A DNA stretch of 63,711 bases, counting the filler, from Lenisia limosa (lineage: Eukaryota; Protista; Breviatea): the NCBI GenBank assembly GCA_001655205.1. It is 14 parts of 14 records of this genome, joined end to end, with 100 filler letters (N's around TTAATTAATTAA, not from the genome) between each part and the next. Parts side by side here need not be neighbours in the genome. Positions count along the whole stretch, not along the records: positions 57,180 to 60,821 come from LPNZ01010489.1; positions 60,922 to 62,454 come from LPNZ01011704.1; positions 62,555 to 63,711 come from LPNZ01003634.1; 11 more parts are not named here. One strand, 5' to 3'. The notes beneath the pieces were generated by a model. The model was not told where the DNA came from, ran no database searches, and saw only the letters and a list, made by a program, of their open reading frames with translations. Made by a program: the position numbers and the translations under genes. Positions within the stretch are counted from its first letter, which is position 1, and every line of letters starts with the position of its first letter. This document shows, piece by piece, positions 60,458-63,711 of the stretch.

Positions 60458-60586
60458 ATGGTAGGATCCTGTTTTTGATAAGCATTTGTTAATTTCCCAT
60501 TGCAGGGCGCGATGAGGTTCTTCTTCCTTCTTACCGTGGCTATGTGTGCCTTCTCTTTCATGATCGATGTTCCAGCCCAATCCAAG
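60458..60586 (+). CDS. p24/emp24/gp25L (TMED) family protein, 5' exons only
   Basis: (M|GA)MRFFFLLTVAMCAFSFMIDVPAQSK|GT: a signal peptide followed by the typical GOLD-domain start (F..DVPA....C). The rest lies beyond the scaffold end. Confidence 0.55.
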
Positions 60587-62667
60587 GTGGGGCTGGGAAG
60601 AGGGTTTGATGTTTTGGTTAAGTCGTTAATTTATTCATACGTTAGCACATGATTTTTGATAGATTGGAAGAGAAAAGAGGCTTGGCTAATAAGAGCTCAA
60701 AATCTCTTATAATGCCATTTGGCATGGAAACTACGTGTGATCTCTATGGTTATTTTTTTGGTGAAGATGCGTAACTTTCTTTTTATCAATACCCCATATA
60801 ACTTGCGTAATAAGAGCTGGCNNNNNNNNNNNNNNNNNNNNNNNNNNNNNNNNNNNNNNNNNNNNTTAATTAATTAANNNNNNNNNNNNNNNNNNNNNNN
60901 NNNNNNNNNNNNNNNNNNNNNAACTAAAGGGAAAGAACTAAACTACCACCTAAAAAGTAAAACATTCAGAAAACACAGTATCTGACAATATCTTGACCAG
61001 AATAGAAAACATCCAACAATTGTAATGAAGAGTTTTTAGTCTACCACGTTTGTTTTGGATTTTTTTCATAATGCAGTAGTGAGTTTAACAACTATTAACA
61101 ATATAGGTTTATTTTACACAAATAAAAAAAAAGTGAAATATAAATATAAAAAAACGTAATTGAAGGTCGCTACTATTTATATTTTTATTTTGAGTTGCTG
61201 GAGCCTCTTTTTAAAAATTGGAGTTCATTGAGGCTTGTCGCTACAATATCACACGAGTGGATATGCATCATTGCGTGGAAAATTCCAACTGTTTTTACTC
61301 CATATCATACTAGTAGTAATTCATACATTTTATCATTTTGAATAATGTCACAATCATATAGTATTACATATCTATTTGTAATCTACTACAATGATAGTAT
61401 GTCACGAGTTTTTTCAAAAACATTTCACAAGTGATGTATGACCCCACTCCCAACATTTTTGTCTTGGAAGAAAGAGACTCAAGGCAGATACTCCTTCAAC
61501 ATATGGAGCCTCAACGTGACTGAAAAGAAGTCCCTCAAGAAGAATTTCTTTCTCAACATTCAGCATTTCTATTAATCCTTGAAGTGTGAGTGACTTTCTT
61601 ATCATGTAGGTATTATGTAGAAATAAGAAGGGGGGAATATTGATTATAGTACCACCTTAGTTCACCGAATCATTGACCTTACAACATACCCTTTTTATCA
61701 GCTTGGGCAGACGGCAGAGAAATAAACCTGAATACTTCAGATATGCATGTGATAGGGGATTAGAAAGGACCTCCTACCTGGTTGGGTTGAGTTCACTCAC
61801 AACATTACAAGGTTGCTCAGAGAAACGCGATTGTCTCCAGAAAGACCTGCAAAAGTGACAAATACCAAGAAACTGATAATTATCATATCGAGAATTTCAA
61901 CTTAGTCATATTATGAAAGGATCTTTAAGATGAAACAGATGAGACGGGGGTATATCATCGCTTTTGCAGCACTGCATCCCATCAGGAGGTGATAATGTTA
62001 GGGGATATTAATGTTTGTATATACATATATATACAAAGGTGTGATGGTAAAAATTGGAGCGGGGTGGCAACATTCAAGTAGAAATGATGAATGAATACAC
62101 CACAACGATCACGGTCTAGATTACACACCCAATCATATCACTGCGTGGAAAATTATGATCATTAAGTCAAAAATGAACAAAAATGTGATATTATTTGGTA
62201 ACAAAAGTAACCACTCATCTTTATCACATCCTCCCAAGCACTCTTCTACCCCCAAAATCACCCCTCCCTAACATTTACTCTCCTTTACATTCCCGCCTCC
62301 CCTCCCTTCCCCCCGCTATGCCACACTAATCAACAGTTCCTACCCCTCATCCATGCTGTTTATCTACACCCCATTCAATCACTCCGAGCTACAGTAATAT
62401 CACCCTACTCCTTATCATGCAAACTTTAAACATTACTACTATTTGGTTCATGATNNNNNNNNNNNNNNNNNNNNNNNNNNNNNNNNNNNNNNNNNNNNTT
62501 AATTAATTAANNNNNNNNNNNNNNNNNNNNNNNNNNNNNNNNNNNNNNNNNNNNAAGAAACATACGAGGGCAAGCAATAAAACAAAACAAAAAAAAACCA
62601 AGCCTGGCCAGAATAATTCGAAAATAGGTGTAAAGCCAAGAAGGTCATCATACTTGGCACTGAACCC

Positions 62668-63697
62668 ACATACCCATTTTCCCATGACCCCCAATATTTT
62701 GTGACTCTCTTTCCTTCTGCCATTGTCGGTTCCTGAAGCGTTATCGTTGCTTATTTCCCCGCAACAATGCATAATTATAGTAAATGAGCAGCATATATAG
62801 AAATGAGAAATAAAAAATAAAGATGTATCTGGCCGAAGCCGTCCACACGCTTATAAGAGATATTGGATTTTTTTTATAGTATCAATAAATTCACCCAATC
62901 ATTTGCCTTACAACTATATGCACACAGCTAATTTCTTCTTGAAAAGAATATCGAGAAAAGAAAGTAAAATAAAAAATTAGCGTATTTTAGTATCACCAAT
63001 TTGGATAACTGGCCACTCACTTTATGAAAATTGCAAATCTGAGCGTGAAGTCGGGGTGGGATCTGAATGGTCAGAAACGAGGCTCAGAATTACGAAGGTG
63101 ACAACATTTCAAGAATTATAGTTGATTAATCTTCATACAAACGGCTATCTTACAGGTAACAATTAAACAAATTTAAACCTATCGTAACCCCCTAACTACC
63201 TTTTTCATCTTAATATAGCCCCCCCTCCCCCCAACCTGTTGACACTTTTCATCTGAAGCATGGCCTTGCCAGGGTCACGGCGATAGGAGAGGTAAAACGT
63301 GGCAAAGCGAACTGGAAAAGGTTAACTTGAAACCATTGTGATCACGTTATATCGCAATGATAAATGAAAAATAAAGGTGTATTTGGCCGAAGCCATCCAC
63401 CCCTTCACGCTTAGAAGAGATATTAGATTATACACCCAATCATTTGCCTTACAACTCTGTGCACACAGCTTTCTGCGTGCCTCTCCAGCATGAATGTATT
63501 GCGAAAAGGTTATTGAAACCATTGCGTGAATATTTGGTAAGATGATTATAACCTTGCTTGATACGATGACAAGAACATTTCTTTTAGTTGGACCAATACT
63601 ATGCTGTAGTACCCCTCCCCTACGTTGGATAATAACGCTTTCTGGGAACTGAATTAGACCTCCACGGAAGATCTGCTCGGCTTTGTCAACATGCGCT
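62668..63697 (-). CDS. TmcB/TmcC-like (tiny macrocysts-type, usually PAS-containing membrane protein) TPR region fragment
   Basis: Four exons join in frame: AHVDKAEQIFRGGLIQFPESVIIQL|RFATFYLSYRRDPGKAMLQMKSVNR|SHPDFTLRFAIFIK|NRQWQKERESQNIGGHGKM. This resembles the recurring 'AE.IF..GL.QFP.S..L...YA.F...Y......A.......P....RF.I' motif of this family. Confidence 0.55.
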
Positions 63698-63711
63698 GAG
63701 GGGGGGGGGGG

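Noticed and set aside
61945-61985. N-myristoylation-like MGCSAAK ORF start (also MGCIAAE at 58245)
   Set aside because: Both are translations of dispersed repeat C.

Overview
This is not one contiguous locus. It is a pseudomolecule of 14 small scaffolds from an AT-rich, intron-dense eukaryotic draft genome, joined by 13 artificial 100-nt linkers (N44-TTAATTAATTAA-N44); gene order across a linker means nothing. The six-frame track misses most genes because the exons are short, so I spliced them by hand on GT-AG junctions. Recognisable genes: TOPBP1-like (-), WDR27 (+, apparently complete), TAF2 (-), VAC14 (-), NOP14 (-), a TRAFD1/XAF1-like zinc-finger protein (+), a LamG-domain type I membrane protein (+), a multi-TM surface-protein C-terminus (-), an ADAM/disintegrin-like fragment (-), talin rod (+), an outer-arm dynein beta-type heavy chain N-terminus (-), a p24/TMED first exon (+) and a TmcB/TmcC-like TPR fragment (-). 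Talin plus outer-arm dynein suggests a flagellated Amorphea-like protist (inference). The standard genetic code fits wherever I could test it. I found no rRNA, tRNA or CRISPR. The accessory DNA holds the most interesting signals: (i) G-runs just after 5' splice sites and C-runs just before 3' splice sites, complementary within some single introns; (ii) three decayed pogo/Tc5-like transposase genes carrying several spliceosomal introns, at least one (probably two) nested antisense in host introns; (iii) about 17 copies of a ~100-bp hAT-type MITE with 8-bp TSDs, including a subfamily whose two TIRs co-vary; (iv) an unclassified ~150-bp dispersed repeat, twice flanked by 21-22-bp duplications; (v) a 4.5-kb scaffold of foldback-like modular inverted repeats; (vi) tandem duplications that copy splice sites in talin and WDR27. 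All homology calls come from remembered family motifs, not database searches. I did not find a clearly novel multi-gene system.
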